Under the pieces are notes generated by a model, which was not told the DNA's origin, searched no databases, and worked only from the letters and a program-made list of their open reading frames with translations. 46,451 bases of DNA from Chiloscyllium plagiosum. Lineage: Eukaryota. The DNA lies in assembly GCF_004010195.1 (NCBI RefSeq), contig NW_025215348.1, positions 63,860-110,310 on the forward strand, written 5' to 3'. The translations under genes and the position numbers were made by a program. This document shows, piece by piece, positions 22,901-35,306 of the stretch (within the stretch, counting starts at the first letter, position 1; the number at the start of each line of letters is the position of its first letter).

Positions 22901-23884
22901 TAACTTTTTAGAACAGCCAGCACATTTGCTTCTGACTTCTGGGTTTGTGACTCGATTGAAGTGGGAGGGTGTGATGAAGAAGCAGTATCCCAGTCTTTCA
23001 GCTCAACTGTTTAAACAGACTTTTGCAGTTCAGACTGGAGCATTAGAGACGTGTTCAGAGTTAACCAGAGAAAGGAGCTATCGAGACACAATGTAGCGAG
23101 GCAATACTACACTCCAATGGTGAGCCTCCATGCTAAGGCAGTGCAGACTTCATAGCGCTCTAGAGAATGGATACTGTTTTTAAGACAAGAAAGGGTTGGG
23201 CGGTCAGGTGACCTTTTCTTTGCTGTCATTGTACATGGAACTAGACAAGGTCAGCCCGCATGCCTGGACAAGACATTAACGTGCAAATGAACCTTTGTAA
23301 CATCTCATAGGGAAGTCATTAAAATGCAGCAGATCTTTCACGGGGATTAATGGCGTCCTTATCCAAATAATGGCTCTCAGTAGACGTGCAGATATTTTAG
23401 CTTCACAGTGCAATTCCGAAGCATTCAAGTAAGAAGGAACTCAGCCTCTCACAGTGATATGTGAATGGGTGGAATGTTCAGCTCATTGTTTCTCAATAGC
23501 CAAGTCATTAGAGACCATCAGAGAGGATACTGAAAACCAGACACTTGAGTATCATGACAAAACCCACATTTGGGTTAATGCACATTTAATAAGTGCCTTG
23601 CTGGGGTAGCGCACTGCAAATTAATCCTGCTCTTCCTGGCTTAGTTGCAAGATTTTAATAAGTTCGTGACTTTCTCCATTTACCTGTCTTTTAGATACAG
23701 ATTCTCAGAAAGCACCAAGCACTTTTCTGTACTCAGCAAAAAATACTATTTATTACTAATAATTAGATTGTAGGCACAAATAAACAATAATGAACCATCA
23801 CCATATAACCTTAGCTAATTAAAACTCATAAACATTTAATATATAAACTGATAAATGCTTACAAATCCTTATAAAGTTCTCCTC

Positions 23885-24325
23885 ACACAGAGACATGCAA
23901 ACACACACACACAGACATACATGTGCATACACACATACATATGCACACACAAACATACGTGCACACACATGTATGCACACATACACACATCCATGCACAT
24001 GCACACATAAACATTAAATGGACATTGGATAAAAATATGGACAAGGATGGAATAGTCTCGGTTAGATAGGCTTCAGATTGGTTTCACAGGACGGTGCAAC
24101 ACCAAGGGCCGAAGGACCTCTACTGCACTGTAATGTTCTATGTGCTATATGTACACACTCACACACACACACACAAATGCACACATACATGTGCACACAT
24201 TTCCACATACAAAAACACACGTGCACACACACATATGCACACACGTGCACACACACATACACATGGACACACATAAGCACATCCATATATAGATGCATAT
24301 ACACATAGACACACACACATACACA
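23885..24325 (+). repeat. Cryptic (CA)n/(CATA)n microsatellite split by a CR1 3' end (24010-24148)
   Basis: Alternating purine/pyrimidine CA-rich tracts on both sides of a (TTCTATG)-tailed CR1 fragment. Confidence 0.9.
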
Positions 24326-25071
24326 AAAGACAGGAAAAACACGTGGAAGTTGTGCTCTCTGTTCACATAATGGGCTAAGGTGGCTCTCATGCTGACCAGC
24401 ATGCTGCTTCATGGTTTTTATTTTCTCGTTGTTTCCACTGGCTTGTAAGAGCCACAGGACGGCTGAATCACTTCAGACTTATTACTTAAAAGTCCTCCAG
24501 TCACTACTGGATGAAAATAAACTGTTTCGCTTCAGACGTAAAGTGGCTTCTGCTGCAGAGAACAGACAGACCTCCTGAGATGGTGAAGATCTGAAGGTTT
24601 CTCATTACTTTGTACAAAGCCCCAAGCTGTTTAGCTTCTTGGGAACTGATGCTAGCAGAGGGCCCTTGTCATTCATAACCAGTCACTAGTCCACAAACCA
24701 ATCCGCTACTTGTTGCTAACTAAATATTCCAGGGTACACAACCCTTCAGCTCCTGCAAACCTTGTGTCAACTACTTCTGGACCGATCAGCTGTGTAAACA
24801 GTGCTGCCAATGAGTGTCCAGTCACTTGCTTTTAAAAACTGCAGTAATCCATGGATTATAAAACATTTACTTTCCCACAATTAAAAACGCAAAAAATTTT
24901 AGAAGACCAAGTTTTTACATGAGGAATATCGTTCTGAGAAATTTCTGGAACTGCAGAGGAATTGCTGAGACACGTCAGAAGGCAGAGAATTTGGACTAGT
25001 TTTCTACTTAGATCTATCTGAAAAACCAAACCAGGTTTTTGGTATAGGCTGTAAAGCAATGAAAATCCATT

Positions 25072-25190
25072 GGCAAGGTAGCTCAATGGTGAGCACTGCT
25101 GCCTCACAACACCAGGGACCCAGGTTCACTTCTAGCCTGGGCATCTGTCTGTGTGGAGTTTGCACATTCTCCCCGTGTCTGTGTGTGTCC
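25072..25190 (+). mobile_element. HE1-type V-SINE 5' half
   Basis: Degenerate tRNA head and GGAGTTTGCACATTCTCCCCGTGTCTG. Confidence 0.8.
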
Positions 25191-25469
25191 AGAGGGAGAA
25201 AGCAGTTCTGCTGGGAGATGAATGGTACTGGTATTCCATTTTCAAGTGTACAAGATGGGTTGGGACCAGAACAGCCCATTTGTCAGTTTCACTGATTTTT
25301 CCTTCTGGTTGCATCCTTACATCCAACAAAATGGAAATGTTCACTCAATGGCATGAGCTAAATATAATCCTATATCCCATCCAGTCCTATTCAAGCTCCT
25401 TTGGAACCATGAGCTGAGGTATTGAGGGTCCTTTACCCAATATCTCCACTACTGTGTTGCTCTTTAGTG

Positions 25470-26145
25470 ATGGCAGACAGAGTTTAATTCAGATAAGTGT
25501 GCAGTGCTGCATTTTGGAAAGGCAGTGCTGGACTTAATGGTAAGGTCCTGGGGAGAGTTGCTGAACAAAGAGACCTTGGAGTGCAGGTTCATGGTCCTAT
25601 TGAAGGTGGATTTGCAGGTAGACAGGATAGTGAAGAAGGCGTTGGGTACACTTGCTTTCATTGGTCAGGGCATTGAGCATAGGAGTTGGGAGATCATGTT
25701 GAAGCTGTACAGGGCACTGGTTCAGCCATTTTTGGAGAACGGCATTCAATTCTGGTCTCCCTTCCACAGGAAAGATGTTGTGAAACTTGAAAGGGTTCAG
25801 AAAAGACTTACAAGGATGTTGCCAGGGTTGAAGGGCTTGAGCTAAAGGGAGAGGCTGGGGCCGCTTTCCCTTCAGCGTTGGAGGCTGAGGGCTGACCGTA
25901 TAGAGGCTCATGAGGAGCATGGATCAGGTCAATAGGCAAGATCTTTTCCCCGGGATCAGGCAATCCAAAACTGGAGGGCATAGGTTTAAGGTGAGAGGGA
26001 AAAGATTAAACAGGGACCTAAGAGGCAACGTTTTCACACAGTGGGTGGTGTGTGCATGGAATGAGCTGCCAGAGGAAGTGGTGGAGACTGGTACAAGTTG
26101 GACTGAAGGGTCTATTTCCATGCTGTACATCTGCATGACTCTATG
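25470..26145 (+). mobile_element. CR1/HER1 LINE 3' fragment
   Basis: ORFs 25504-25845 (LHFGK..IQFWSPFHRKDVVKLERVQKR) and 25910-26149. Confidence 0.9.
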
Positions 26146-26479
26146 CTGATGTAGTCTTTGTGGCTTTCTGGTCAATCACGTGTGGATTGCTTCTTTCTTC
26201 AGTTTTTATAACTTCTCTTTTGCCCTGAAATTGGTTTTGCTGCAATTGCATATATTGTGTGGGCTTTTACAATAGTATATTTTCTGACAACTTACACTTC
26301 TTGTGACGAATCCCTTGATGTCTCTGTATACAATGTCTTGTTCCTTCTGGTGCATTCAGTGGCATAGTCCCATTAACCTTGCTTGTGCTCACAGAGAAAC
26401 TCTTTTAAGCAACAAAACCTGTACTTACTGCTAACCCTGTGTGATGATCACTTCCTATTTGGATGGGTTAGGGTCAAAC

Positions 26480-26892
26480 AGTCATAGTCATAGAGGTGTA
26501 CAGCACGGAAACAGACCCTTTGGTCGAACTTGTCCATGCCAACCAGATATCCCAACCCAATCTAGTCCCATTTGCCAGCACTTGGTCCATATCCCTCTAA
26601 ACTCTCCCTGTTTATATACCCATCCAGATGCCTTTTAAATGTTATAACTGTACCAGACTCCACCACTTCCTCTGGCAGCTCATTCCATACACGCACCACC
26701 CTCTGTGTTAAAAAGTTGCCTCTTCGGTCCCTTTTAAATCTTTCCCCTCTCACCGTAAACCTACACCCTCCACTACCCTGTGGAAAAGACGTTGGGTATT
26801 CGGCTCCTCATAAACCTCTATAAGGTCACCCCTCAGCCTCCGATGCTCCGGGGAAAACAGCCCCAGTCTATTCAGCCTCTCCCCATAGCTCA
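26480..26892 (-). mobile_element. CR1/HER1 LINE 3' fragment
   Basis: ORF 26562-26753: RGERFKRDRRGNFLTQRVVRVWNELPEEVVE. Confidence 0.9.
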
Positions 26893-27909
26893 GATTGTAG
26901 AGCTTCTGTGTACAAAAGCACTTGTTTGTGGCAAAAAAAGATTTGCAGGAGCAGAATCAATGAGTAGTATTTACGGCTGTGAACTGGAGAATATTCTCTC
27001 AGTTGGTTGAAGGATTTCTTTGCGTTCAAAATCGCTGAGCCTGATTGTATCAGGCTGTTTTAGCCAGACTCTTTTGGTTTTTAGTCCCCTGCAGCAAAAT
27101 ACCATGTTAGGGTGTAACCTTTACATGTCCTGCACCTTCCAGCTGCTCACTGGGACTAAAAGGCAGCTGTTTTCATGTCAATGGTGAGTGTGGTTTTTGG
27201 CCGTGCAGGACTTAATTCTTTGTTGAACTTCCCTTCTCTTCTTAAAGTACGAACACTTCTTGGCTACAGTTTGGAGGACACAACTACTGTCCAGCTGCCC
27301 ACACTACGTGGCATTGCTGGACAATTCCAAAATGATGGCAACGCCCTTTCAATGCCTCTCGCGATCTGACACACTTCTATAAGATCCCCCCCCTCAGTCT
27401 CCTACACTCTAAAGTCTTAGCTTGTCCAACCTCTCGCTATAGCTCAGACCCTTGAGTCCTGGTAACATCCTTGTAAATTTCTTCTGCGCTCTCTCCAGTT
27501 TAATACCATCCTTCCTACAGCAAGTGTACAGCAAAAGTATGAGGACAGCAAAAAAGTAAAAGTGGCTATTTTCTGTCCAGCTCTTGGAGTATTACCTCCA
27601 TGAAGGTGCTTGCAATGCACAGCCACCAGTACAGGTACCCGGGCCTAGCCACAGACTGGAGTCTCCATCAGCCTGTGAGTCTTACATTGATCACCAGGAG
27701 GAACCATGTTCTTGTTGCCACCACCGATGCCGCTGACGATGCCTTCACTTTCCAGGAGGACCTTTGCCCTCGCCAACGCTGCCCAAGAACGTTGGAAAGA
27801 GCCATGTCATTGCTGCCACTGACACCGCTGCATCCAGTTACCAGGACGGCCGCTATGATGAGAAAGGCCCGCTCTCACTGTCCGATGTCATGTTCAAGAA
27901 GTGGAGGAG

Positions 27910-28082
27910 ATTTGTCCAATATATCATTTCATTTGCATGACACTGTAATCTTTTGCTATAAATTCTGTGTCTTATAGTCTTATTCTCCACAACCACCTGA
28001 TGAAGGAGCAGCGCTCCAAAAGCTAGTGCTTCCAAATAAACCTGTTGGACTCTAACCTGGAGTTGTGTGATTTTTTTTAACT
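27910..28082 (+). mobile_element. Penelope-like 3' end (family C) with hammerhead motif at 27994-28028
   Basis: CAC-CTGATGA-A-GGAGC-AGC-GCTCC-(G>A)AA-AGCT-A-GTG; tail shared with 968-1068. Confidence 0.7.
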
Positions 28083-28599
28083 GAGTTCATCAGTACTTAC
28101 TGGTGGGTAATTGTGGATGGCCAACTTGTACAGTGATACCCTTGTCCCAATGATCAATGAAAAAGTATATTACTTCATTTATCTCTCCTCCTCCATGTCA
28201 CTTTCTCTGTGTGTTTGAAGACTCCATCCTTGGTCCATTCCAACCGCGATGGACAATAAACACTGGTCCAGACAGCGATGCCCTCTTTCTTTGAATGTAT
28301 GAGAATTCCCTCCAATTTCCTGTTCAATATTACTTCATAAATTAACCTGAATCTTTCCTGCTCAATACTCACAAAAACAAAGTCATTGAGCTAAAGGGTT
28401 TGGACATTTTTGGGTTTGCAACAGGAAGGCAAGAATTGTCACTGTGACTGAATAGGGAGACCCGAGTGTCGTGCATTTGTAGCTCTCAATTTTGCAGAGA
28501 TTACGCTAGTTTATAAGTATGTAACAAGTTATTCACAGTTTTAAATTACTGCATATATTATACTGCAGCTACTTATAATACTGGTGGCTCTGTGTCCAC

Positions 28600-28727
28600 A
28601 GGGCGAAAGTGAGGACTGCAGATGCTGGAGATCAGAGTCAAGATTAGAGTGGTGCTGGAAAAGCACAGCAGGTCAGGCAGCATCCGAGGAGCAGGAAAAT
28701 CAACATTTCGGGCAAAAGTCCTTCTTA
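28600..28727 (-). mobile_element. Penelope-like mini insertion (family A), truncated within the hammerhead core
   Basis: Matches 14172-14296 and 37180-37312. Confidence 0.85.
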
Positions 28728-28984
28728 ACCAATTAAGCACAGTGAACATAGGTCGGTTACCAGACTCACATTATCAAACATAGAGCAATTAAACACTGCA
28801 CCAAGTTATCCCCGATATTGGACCTCAAGCTTTTATGGAGGGGAACAGTGTGATGGAAGATGAGGCAGTTGCAGACATTGTAGGGAATCACAGATTCGTT
28901 GGGACATTGTAAAGAGTTGGGGGAGTGGTCAGGTTGGGAGGTAGCAGTAGCCAGATACAGAGGTGAAGGATGGGGTCAAGTATG

Positions 28985-29360
28985 CTTTTCCCTCTTGTTG
29001 GTTCCCTCACCAACTACCGCAGACCCAGCCTAGCAGCGATGTTCTTTAGGACCTGACCAGCTCGATCAGTAATGCTGCTGCTGAGCCACTCTTAAAGGTG
29101 GACATTGAAATCCCCCGGCCACAGTTACCACTCTCAGTGCTTCCTCTAATTGATGCTCGACAGGAGAAAGAGCATCGTTGATGAGTCTAGGAACGGGTGT
29201 GGTGTGGTAATCAGCTGGAGGTTTGACCTGATACCATGAGACTTCGTGGGGTGTACAGTCCAGTGTACCGTCGCCTCAGGGATACTAATGGTGGTGTCCA
29301 GGCCGTACTTTGTAAGGTATATGTCTGTGAGTCTGTTGCTTGACTAGTTTAGTTTGCGAA
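28985..29360 (-). mobile_element. L2/CR1-group LINE fragment (probably endonuclease region)
   Basis: Minus strand GGGGATTTCAATGTCCACC..GAGTGGCTC (GDFNVH..EWL) is an APE endonuclease motif. Confidence 0.6.
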
Positions 29361-30329
29361 ACTGGGATGGACGAGTCCATGCTATATGACTGTGTGACTG
29401 TGACTCTATGAGTGTGTCGGGGGGGAGTGGCAGAGACAGTGTCATTCAGGATGGAGTTGCTTGTTAGCTGGGACAGTGTGACATTGGAATTGGAGTAGTG
29501 GGGCTCATGGAAATTATAGCGGCAACACCAAATATTTACAAGTAGGGCAATGGCTGGATGTCCCAGTGGTGATGGAGGAGGAGGGTAGAACTTGATATCC
29601 ATAACAACTCGCATTCTTTGAACAATTTGGGGTCAGAAAGTGCACATCTGCTCGCCATAACCTCACAGGGAGGTAGGTATATTTTTAACCATTTTGATGG
29701 ACGCAGCTGACAGCTGTTACTTGACGCAATGTCTGTCAGTTCACGTCTTGGCTTAATTTCCCTGCATGAAGCCAGCATGGGATGGTTCAGGTTAGACCGA
29801 CTTTAGGCTACAAACAGATCCCAGGTTCTTTATCAGCTTCTGCGGACGCTTCAGGGATGAGAATGACGTTTTAGTCCTTTGCCAGCATTGTAGCTAACAC
29901 ACGTCCAGCTTGAAATAAACGTTGGTTTCCAACCCACCACACCCGTAGTCTAGAAGGATGTACGTCACCTGGAACACCGTTGCCAAAATCTGTTCAGTGT
30001 TTGCCAGGCATCCGGCAACACAGTGGTTAAATTCAGCTATTTCACATGTATCCTAGACTGCACCCAGTGACATATAGCATCAGCAAGTTACTGCAGGTGC
30101 CTGGAAACTGTATGGAAAGCGACAAATGCTGGTGCTCACAGTGGCTCAGACAGCAGTCATGGAGACAGAGCAAGCTAACCTTATCAGAGCTGAAGTGAAG
30201 TGTGGAGGGACAGCGTTTATAGGATAGTTTGAGGGGGATGTGCGGTAATGGGTGTAAGGTGCTGGTGGAGAAGAATTACTGTCCATTCCAGTCTGGCAGG
30301 TGACACACCATTGCTCTGCCATTCTCACA

Positions 30330-30495
30330 TTCCGACCCCCCCCCCCACAAACTATAGCATAAATCCTGCCCCCCCACCCCTACACCTCACGTCAGCTCTG
30401 ATGAAGAGTCATCTCAACTCAAAACGTTAGCTCGCTCTCTCTCCATGGATGTGTCCTGACCCACTGTGATCTCCAGCATTTGTTGTTTTCAGCAT
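30330..30495 (+). mobile_element. Penelope-like 3' end (family B) with hammerhead motif near 30394-30432; inverted partial copy at about 30170-30245
   Basis: AGCT-CTGATGA-A-GAGT-CATCTCA-ACTC-(G>A)AA-ACGT-T-AGCT. Confidence 0.65.
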
Positions 30496-30951
30496 ATAAT
30501 TTTCAGTCTTGCTGAGCAGAGCTATTCTCTTTCCTTTAACTGGTTTGTCTTCAAGAATAAAATCCAAAAAACCTGTGAATGCTGCACATCAGAAAGATTC
30601 TGAGGGAGGGTCACTCAACCCGAATTATTAACTCTGACTTCTCTTTGCAGATGCTGGCAGACCTGCTGAGCTTTTCCTGCAACTGCTGTTTTTGTTACCT
30701 TCAAGAATGCCTATTTGCACCTGCAGACCTGTAGTTATAAATAACTTCTACTTCTTCCGAAACACTCTTGCGCCTCAAAGGACCTTCAACACGTAAATCT
30801 CTGAGATTTCAAGACCCCTATATTCTTCCCAGACTTGAACAAATCCAGGACTCTGCAGCCCAGATCTTTGCTAGATTGTGAGCCCCAGCATTTCAATGCC
30901 AAAATACTTGTTCTTACCTTTATTTCCTCCAAAGCTTCATGACTACAGACT

Positions 30952-31665
30952 ACACCTCCCCCCTCACCTCCCTCCAAGGCCCCAAAGGAAACTTCCATAT
31001 CCGCCACAGATTCACCTGCACCTCCACACACATCATCTACTGCATCCGCTGCAGCCGGTGTGGCCTCCTCTATATTGGGGAGACAGGCCGCCTACTTGCG
31101 GAGCGTTTCAGAGAACACCTCTGGGACACCCGGAACCAACCAACCCAACACCCTGTAGCCCAACATTTCAATTCCCCCTCCCACTCCACCAAGGATATGC
31201 AGGTCGTTGGACTCCTCCATCGTCAGACCACAACAAAACGACGGTTGGAGGAAGAACACCTCATCTTCCGGCTAGGAACCCTCCAACCACAAAGGATGAA
31301 CTCGGATTTCACCAGTTTCCTCAATTCCCCTCCCCCCACCTTGTCTCAGTCAAATCCATCGAATTCAGCACCGCCTTCCTAACCTGAGATCTTCTTCCCG
31401 ACCTCTCCGCCCCCACCCCAGTCTGACCTATCACCCTCACCTTGACCTCTTTCCACCTATCACATTTCCGACGCCCCTCCCCCAAGTCCCTCCTCCCTAC
31501 CTTTTATCTTAGCCTGCTGGACAAACTTTCCTCATTCCTGAAGAAGGGCTTATGCCCGAAACGTCGATTCTCCTGTTCCCTGGATGCTGCCTGACCTGCT
31601 GCGCTTTTCCAGCAACACATTTTCAGCTCTGATCTCCAGCATCTGCAGACCTCACTTTCTCCTCC
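30952..31665 (+). mobile_element. Penelope-like element 3' part: GIY-YIG endonuclease domain, 3' UTR with hammerhead, 12-bp TSD
   Basis: ORF 30939-31382 HIIYCIRCSRCGLLYIGETGRLLAERFREH..EEEHLIFRLGTLQPQRMN; TSD TGACTACAGACT at 30940-30951 and 31666-31677. Confidence 0.92.
31536..31567 (+). ncRNA. Minimal hammerhead ribozyme-like motif in PLE 3' UTR
   Basis: CTGAAGA (31538-31544), A, GGGC-TTAT-GCCC, GAAA (31558-31561), CGTC. Confidence 0.7.
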
Positions 31666-31688
31666 TGACTACAGACTTCTCCTGCCTT

Positions 31689-31833
31689 ACACACAGACAG
31701 GCATGCACACACACACACACAGCGCTGCGTGCACACAGACACGCACACACAGGCACACGCACAGACAGACACATGCACACGCAAACACACACTCGCACAT
31801 GTGCGCACACACATGCACACACACACAGACACT
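31689..31833 (+). repeat. Cryptic (CA)n microsatellite
   Basis: CA/CG/GA dinucleotide tract. Confidence 0.9.
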
Positions 31834-32169
31834 CACCTTCCAAATCTGGCAAATTTTGTGCTATCTCTGTCTCAGCACCATCTGCCAATCTTTCAACCTC
31901 AATGCTATTTGCAAATCTCCTCCCACAGCACCCTGGGCATTGCTCGCTATCTCTGCCATTTCAAACACCCTGTTAGGACGTGGTTCTAATTTTGCTTGAG
32001 GTCACCTTGAGCTACCTTCCCAGACCAGTAACTTGTCATGTGAAATTCTTCAGGATATCATACTACACAAAACCGCAATGGGACGGGGAGATCAAGTGGT
32101 TAAAAAAAGCCATTCAAATGCTTTCCTGCAATAACTGAGCTATGGAAGCTAACTGCAGGGATGCACTGA

Positions 32170-32945
32170 TGCTGTAGGCTATTATGTACACTTCTGGTCA
32201 CCAGGCAGGCTGAAGGGGGAATTTAAAAATGATATATAAATTTATGAGGAACCCAGCCAGTGTGGGCTGGAGAGAAATATACCCCTCAGCAGACAGGCTG
32301 ATAGCCAAGGGCCGTTGATTTAAAATAATTGACAGAATTGAAATTATAGGAGGGATGTGACAGCATTGGAGGGAGTGCAGAGGAGATTTACCAGGATGTT
32401 GCCTGGGCTGGAGAGTCTCTATTAGGAGGTTGGACAGGCTGGGGGCATTTTCCTTTGAAGAGAGGAGACATGATTGTGATGTATAAAATTATGGGGGGGG
32501 TGTGTGTGTAGACAGGGTAGACAGGAAGATACTTTCCCCTTGGTGGAGGGATGGGGGGGGCAGGACCGGGGACGTGGATTGAAGGTAAGGGGCAAGAGGC
32601 TTTGAGGAGACGTGAGGAATAGAAATTTCACCCAGAGGGTGGTGGGAGTCTGGAACTCATTGCCTGTGAGGGTGGTGGAGTGGACAGGCAGGAGACTGGA
32701 AGTCGGGCAGCACCAAGAGGTGGAGAAGTCAATGTTTCAGGTGTAACTCTTCTTCAGGACTGGGGGCGGGTGTGGAGAGAGCTGCAGATGGGTGTAAGGC
32801 AGAAACTGTCATAACGTTTAAAAACACCTGGATATCCCCTGGGCTGCTATAACCTACAGAGCAACGGGAGGGTGGAATTCAGCTGGATATAAGCTCACAT
32901 AGAAACAACAAGCTGAAGTCTTGCGCACTGTACATTTTCTGTATT
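32170..32945 (+). mobile_element. Old CR1 fragments with a nested minus-strand PLE piece (about 32685-32790, hammerhead-like 32728-32760)
   Basis: LEGVQRRFTRMLPGLES-like sequence near 32365; minus strand GTC-CTGAAGA-A-GAGT-TACA-CCT-GAAACATT-GAC. Confidence 0.65.
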
Positions 32946-33439
32946 TCCATACAAATATTTCTGACTTTTCCTATGCTGTTGCCATCGATTGGTCATGGAT
33001 TCTTTGAACTCTCTATAAGATGCTGTGTATTGGGTTTCTATGTGAGTGGTGCTGTTGTGGGAGTCTGAATTTCTTTACATGTCTTGCTTTAAACATGATT
33101 CAGTTTTTCTTTAGTTGTGGGATTTAAATTCGATTAAATTCTCGATGCCTTAGGCAATTCTGTGTTCTGGAAGCGCTGCATTGTGTAGTTTGTTTTCTGT
33201 ATTGCGTGGCTACTATAATGGGTGAATTAACAGAGGCACATTGCTCTGAATGAGAGATTATTTGCATAAAATAGCTAACAGCACTTATGATTGAGTTTAT
33301 TCAGAAAGTTTGGAGAATCACGTATGCTGAGATGACTAAAAGAGGTATAACTTAAAGAATTAAACACAATCATTCATTTAAATGCCACATTTGCACACCT
33401 GATCTGCAGAAGACCTCTGTTTAAGAAGAAGTGCATTAG

Positions 33440-34038
33440 GAAATGCATTGAGTAAAGGTGTGGGGAGGTCATGTTGTGGCTGTACAGGACAGTCGTTAAG
33501 CCACTGTTGGAAAACTGCATTCAATTCTGGTCTCCATGCTACAGGAAAGATGCTGAAAGGGTTCAAAAAATAATTGCATGCATGTTGCCAGGGTTGGAGC
33601 TACTGGGAGAGGCTGAACAGGCTGGGGTTGTTTTCCCTGGAGCGTCGGAGGCTGAGGGGTGACCTTATAGAGGTTTATAAAACCATGAGGGGCATTGATA
33701 TGGTGAATAGTCATGGCCTTTTTTCCCAGGGTAGGGGAGTCCAAACCTAGAGGACATAGGTTTAAGGTGAGAGGGGAAAGATTTAAAAGGGACCTGAGGG
33801 GCAGCTTTTTCACATTGAGGGTGGTGTGTGTATGGAATGAGCTGCCAGAGGAAGTGGTGGAGGCTGGTACAATTACAACATTTAAAAGGCATCTGGATGG
33901 GGATATGAATAGGAAGGGTTTATAGGGATAAGGGCCAGATGCTGGTAAATAGGACTAGGTTAATTTAGGATATCTGGTCGGCATGGATGAGTTGGACCGA
34001 GCGGTCTATGCCCGTGCTGTACAACTGTATGACTCTAT
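33440..34038 (+). mobile_element. CR1/HER1 LINE 3' fragment
   Basis: ORFs 33471-33662 and 33713-33925. Confidence 0.9.
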
Positions 34039-34644
34039 AAATCCAGCAGACTGCGGCTACTTTAATAAAAGGATTTGCTGCAACTTGTGTAAAGGTCTGA
34101 ACTGCATCAGAATTTTCATAACATTTTTCAGAAAACATTCAAAAAAAACAAACGTGTATCAGCACTTGTTACACTCTTTCAGCGAGTGAACCTTTTCTCT
34201 TCCGTATTCTCCCAGGTCCCATGTTACTGTTGTTGAGTTGATGCAGATGAAAATATTTTGCAGCAAGCTGCTCAGCTGTGCTCTGACACACCTCCAGGAC
34301 AGACGAGGCTTGATCCTTGAGCAGAGGCAAACACCCACTATCACCACATTGTAGAGTTTGCTGGATTTATAGAGTCATATGGCACGGAAATAGACCTCTC
34401 GGTCCAAATATTCTAAATGTATCTCGTCTTATTTACCAGCATTTCCTAATCAAATTGTTCAGCTGTGTTTTACATTCCTCTCGAGCAGGTGGGGCTTGAA
34501 CCCAGGTCTTCCAGCTCAGAGTTAAGGACACTACCACTGCACCTCACCTCTGCAAGCACTACAACACGAGACACTTGAAATTGATTTTACTAATAACTCT
34601 CAAGAGAGTGTAATGAGAAACATTAGTTGTCAGATGTTACGGAC

Positions 34645-34868
34645 AGGAGAAAGTGAGGGCTGCAGATGCTGGAGATCAGAGCTGAAAATGTGTTGCTGGA
34701 AAAGCGCAGCAGGTCAGGCAGCATCCAAGGAGCAGGAGAATCGACTGTTCGGGCATGAGCCCTTCTTCATCAGCCCTTCCTGAAGAAGGGCTCATGCCCG
34801 AAACGTCAATTCTCCTGCTCCTTGGATGCTGCCTGACCTGCTGCGCTTTTCCAGCAACATATTTTCAG
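34645..34868. mobile_element. Palindromic Penelope-like insertion with back-to-back hammerhead motifs (plus core 34780-34807 intact)
   Basis: Inverted arms; degenerate TSD TCAGATGTTACGGACAGG (34630-34647) and TCAGATGTTAATGTACAGG (34865-34883). Confidence 0.85.
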
Positions 34869-34996
34869 ATGTTAATGTACAGGTTCCACTATTATACAAT
34901 AACACATGATTTGAAACTTGTGGCTTCAAAACCTTGAATAAATATTTTTGCAAAGATGAGACACTTGTAAAGAGAAAGCATTGCTTTTTTAAAAAT

Positions 34997-35135
34997 AGAT
35001 TAGATTAGATTAGATTCCCTACAGTGTGGAAACAGGCCCTTCGGTCCAACCAGTCCACACCGACCCTCCGAAGAGTAACCCACCCAGACCCATTTCCCTC
35101 TGATCAATGCATCTAACATTATGAGCAATTTAGGA
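34997..35135 (-). mobile_element. 5'-truncated HE1-type SINE (3' part)
   Basis: (GATTA)n then CAGTGTGGAAACAGGCCCTTCGG, as at 39380-39500. Confidence 0.85.
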
Positions 35136-35306
35136 ATGCGAGGAAATTGTGTTCAGATAGCTGTCAGGGTTCAAAGATAGAGTGAAAGACAAAGTGAAAT
35201 ACTTCGGTTTGGTTAAACACTCAGCCCTTGACGAAGTGAAGCAATCAATATATGAACTAATTTACATAATCCGTAATCTTTATTAAATTATACATCTGTT
35301 CTAGTT

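Noticed and set aside
23819..24412. His/Thr- and Cys/Val-rich ORFs (also 31584-31999)
   Set aside because: Translations of CA-rich microsatellites.
29640..30120. CpG-containing unique-looking stretch as a possible exon
   Set aside because: No long open frame with splice sites was found; only a faint resemblance to old CR1 sequence.
34216..34320. VPCYCC-TGA-VDADENILQQ frame as a selenocysteine read-through
   Set aside because: No recognisable selenoprotein motif or SECIS element; a chance TGA is more likely.
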